Assembly (NCBI RefSeq): GCF_006345805.1
Contig: NW_021832785.1
Location: 1-39,170 of the forward strand
Source of the DNA: Octopus sinensis
Taxonomy: Eukaryota
Direction of reading: 5' to 3'
Length of the DNA: 39,170 nucleotides
Under the pieces are notes generated by a model. That model had not been told where the DNA came from. It ran no database searches and saw only the letters and a program-made list of their open reading frames with translations. Position numbers and translations under genes: made by a program. Below are positions 36,361 through 39,170 of this stretch, piece by piece. Numbering within the stretch: position 1 is the stretch's first letter; each line of letters begins with the position of its first letter.

Positions 36361-36436
36361 CTAGACACACACATAATAGTGTGCAGTGGATGCAGCCAAA
36401 ACGTGCGTAGGACCAAGGCAAGAATGCTGCAAATAA
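36361..36436 (-). CDS. Candidate 76-nt exon
   Basis: Acceptor AATTTTATTTTGCAG and donor AG/GTATTA; hydrophobic frame ICSILALVLRTFWLHPLHTIMCVS. Confidence 0.3.
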
Positions 36437-36930
36437 CTGCAAAATAAAATTTGGATGTATAAATCTCGTTCTTCTGATCTTTATTAATTTCCTTAGGTGT
36501 ATGTGTGTGCGTTTGTGTGTGTGTATAATTATGGTAAACATAGGTTGATATCATTTGTTATTATTTGTTCCTACGTGCGTTTCACCGCCGTGATGCGAGT
36601 AATCACTCGAAGAAGTGGATCTTACACCTTTAATGAAGGGTCGTGATAATTCAATGTTATGTTATCATCTCAACAAATGTACAAGTTTTAGAATACGTCG
36701 AAACAATTGTAATTATTAAACAAAAATATCGTTCAATTCTTTTTCTATTATCCTTCTATCTATAAATCTCGTGCAAATAAATAAAATAGATGAAAATATT
36801 TAAAAATAAAGGCATCATGGAATATCTATTTATAACGTCCTCAGCCTTCTGCTTAAATACAATATTTGGCATCGAAATTTGATCGGAATCTTCACCCCAA
36901 AGTTCTCAATTTGGTTTGCTGTTATTACTG

Positions 36931-37306
36931 CTGCTGCTGTTGCTGTTGCTGTTGAGCGAAGCGGTCTTCGTCCTAGAAGTCCGAAACGTGGTCCTTTGCT
37001 ATTCGTAAGACCAGCAGAAGAGAAAGCAGGTCAACCCCGACACATAGAGCCTCGACGGATGGACGAATGCGCATCCAGGCTCAGCGGTTGCGTAGGAAGT
37101 CGGGGACAAGAAATAGGAAGAAAGAGTGAGAGAAAGTTGGAGCGAAAGAGCACAGCAGGGGTCGCCACCACCCCCTGCCGGAGCTTCGTGGTGCTTTAGG
37201 TGTTTTCGCTCAATAAACACACACAACGCCCGGTCTGGGAATCGAAACCGCGATCCTCCGACCGCGAGTCCGCTCTGCCCTAACCATTGGGCCATTGCGC
37301 CTCCAC
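36931..37306 (-). mobile_element. Group C SINE with a third tail type and 14 bp TSD
   Basis: Same GTGGAGGCGCAATGG start; diverges after CTCACTCTTTCTT; TSD TGCTGTT(A/G)TTACTG at 36917-36930 and 37307-37320. Confidence 0.9.
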
Positions 37307-37356
37307 TGCTGTTGTTACTGATTTGCTGTTGTTGTTGTTACTCCCCCTCCCCTTCC

Positions 37357-38200
37357 TGGAGGCCTTCTGGCAAATTCTCGCTTATTAGAAAGTGAAACGA
37401 CCCATGTTACACGACGAAAACAGTGAAGTTTAGGGGTAAGAGTCTGATGCTTTGGGGACAAATAAAAAGTGATGGCTCAAGGAAGTTGGTTAAAATTGAT
37501 CGTGACTTGAATAGCGCTGAATACATCCAGTTGCTGAGGGGCAATTTGATACCAAACTTGGTTGAAGGTGAGAGTGATTAGCATGACGGAGCTTCTTGCC
37601 ACAGATCGCGTGCAACACAACAGAGTCTGGCCGGTGAAGATGTTACCGTATTGAAAGATTGGCCAGCTCAGAGCCTTGATTTAAATATCATCGTCCAAAT
37701 GTGAGCAGAACTAGAGAAGTGTTCGTCAGAAGAATCCTTGCAATTCAGAAGAATTGTGGGAGCTCAGCCTCAGAGAATGGCATCTCATTCCCGTGAAGAT
37801 GGTGAAGGATTTGTAGGCATCTCTTTCTAGGGGTATTGAAGCAATTATTGAAACTAAGGGAAGCCACACGAAATATTAACAATGTACAGTAACTTCTCGA
37901 AACGAACATTTTGTAAGAAATTTTCATTTTAGACATTTTTCTGTTTTAAAACACCTTATCTTGATTGTTTATGTGAGGTGGCCGAAATCTTTTGCACGCC
38001 ATCTTTGGTGGTCGTCTCGCATCTTTCCCTGTCACTCAGAATCCTTACTACAAAATATAATGATTAGGTATGGAAATTACTCCAACAGGGCCAATGTTTC
38101 ATCTGTAGAAAAACGCAATGCGAAGTATCAACTTATAAGTTAACATTTAGCAGAAATTTACAACAGTTTAAAGTGGCCGAAGACTTTTGCATAGTACTGT
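37357..38200 (+). pseudogene. Tc1-family transposase 3' remnant with IR/DR-type right end
   Basis: KTVKF.GKSLMLWG...HDGASCH...WPAQSLDLNII...KGSHTKY* (37399-37879) with stops and a frameshift; GTGGCCGAA..CTTTTGCA repeated at 37978 and 38173; ends CAT-AGTACTG. Confidence 0.9.
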
Positions 38201-38417
38201 GTGTGTGTGCGCGCGCGTGGTGTGTGTGTGTAAATATCTTTATCTATCTATATACATACATATATATGCATGTATATATGTGTGGGAATGTGTGTGTGTG
38301 TGTGCATATGTGAATATCTTTATCTATATACATACATAATACATACATACATACATATATATATATATGCATGTATATATGTGTGGAGATGTGTGTGCGT
38401 GTGAATAGTTTTATCTA

Positions 38418-38453
<36 letters not shown>

Positions 38454-39170
38454 TGTGCGTATATATATGTGAGGATATGTGTGTGTTTGCATTCATTTTC
38501 ATATTGTCTGTGTATATATTTTACTATATAGCATTACCGAGCCCACGACCTTGATATTTACCATGTTTCGTCCCTTCTTCCTTTGTAAAACCGTTTTCGT
38601 TTCTATCCCAACGCCGCCATGGCCAATACGAATTGTTGTTGTTGTTGTTGTTGTTGATATTTTTGTTGTACGCATTGTTTTTAGTGTGTTTTATTGATAT
38701 TTTGTATATTTATACTTCTTTTCCTCCAGTAGGAAAGCTTGCAGGCTAAGGTGATTTTGCTTCAGTCTGACTCAACACACACACACACATGTATGTATAT
38801 ATATATATATCTATATATATATATATATATATATATGTATAATGTATGATGTATGTGTGCAAGTATGTTGTGTTTGGTGTGTGTTTTGTGAAAGAATTAA
38901 ATAATGGCATTCTAGTAGATGGTATTTGGGAAGCTTCGGAAATCCCCCGGGACAATCCCTCAACATGAAAGAAAACAAGAAACAAAACTGGAAAGATTTG
39001 ACTGAAACGAATTCGAATAAAAACAAAATATAAACAAACTGCGTTATAATTAATAAAATATATATAAAAATAATAATATGGCTTTTGTTTTTCTTTTTAC
39101 TGTTACTATCTTTAGTTTTTTCTTTTATTTTTGCTATCTTTAATTATTTTCCGTGATTATATCTTTCCTC

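Noticed and set aside
36630-36720. GAAACAATTGTA palindromic hammerhead 3' half
   Set aside because: No convincing CUGANGA box or stem I upstream.
38613-38657. Perfect Kozak GCCGCCATGG
   Set aside because: It leads to a 12-codon ORF running into a TGT repeat; probably chance.

Overview
Eukaryotic, AT-rich, repeat-dominated DNA, most likely an Octopus genome, judged from three recurrent tRNA-derived SINE groups and extreme microsatellite density. No intact protein-coding gene, rRNA, tRNA or CRISPR array is supported, and nearly all listed ORFs are simple-repeat artefacts. The window holds about 14 SINE copies or fragments (several with target-site duplications), a non-autonomous Helitron, Tc1/mariner remnants and MITEs, two long palindromes and a higher-order pyrimidine repeat. 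A few unique islands with minus-strand splice signals may be exons of a host gene. The most interesting signal is six complete type I hammerhead-ribozyme folds plus one half motif. Each is followed by a short tail ending in a dinucleotide microsatellite, consistent with Penelope-like retroelement ends. They carry five different non-canonical core variants, and each still has a paired stem I. All identifications come from manual reading; family names and ribozyme activity are unverified.
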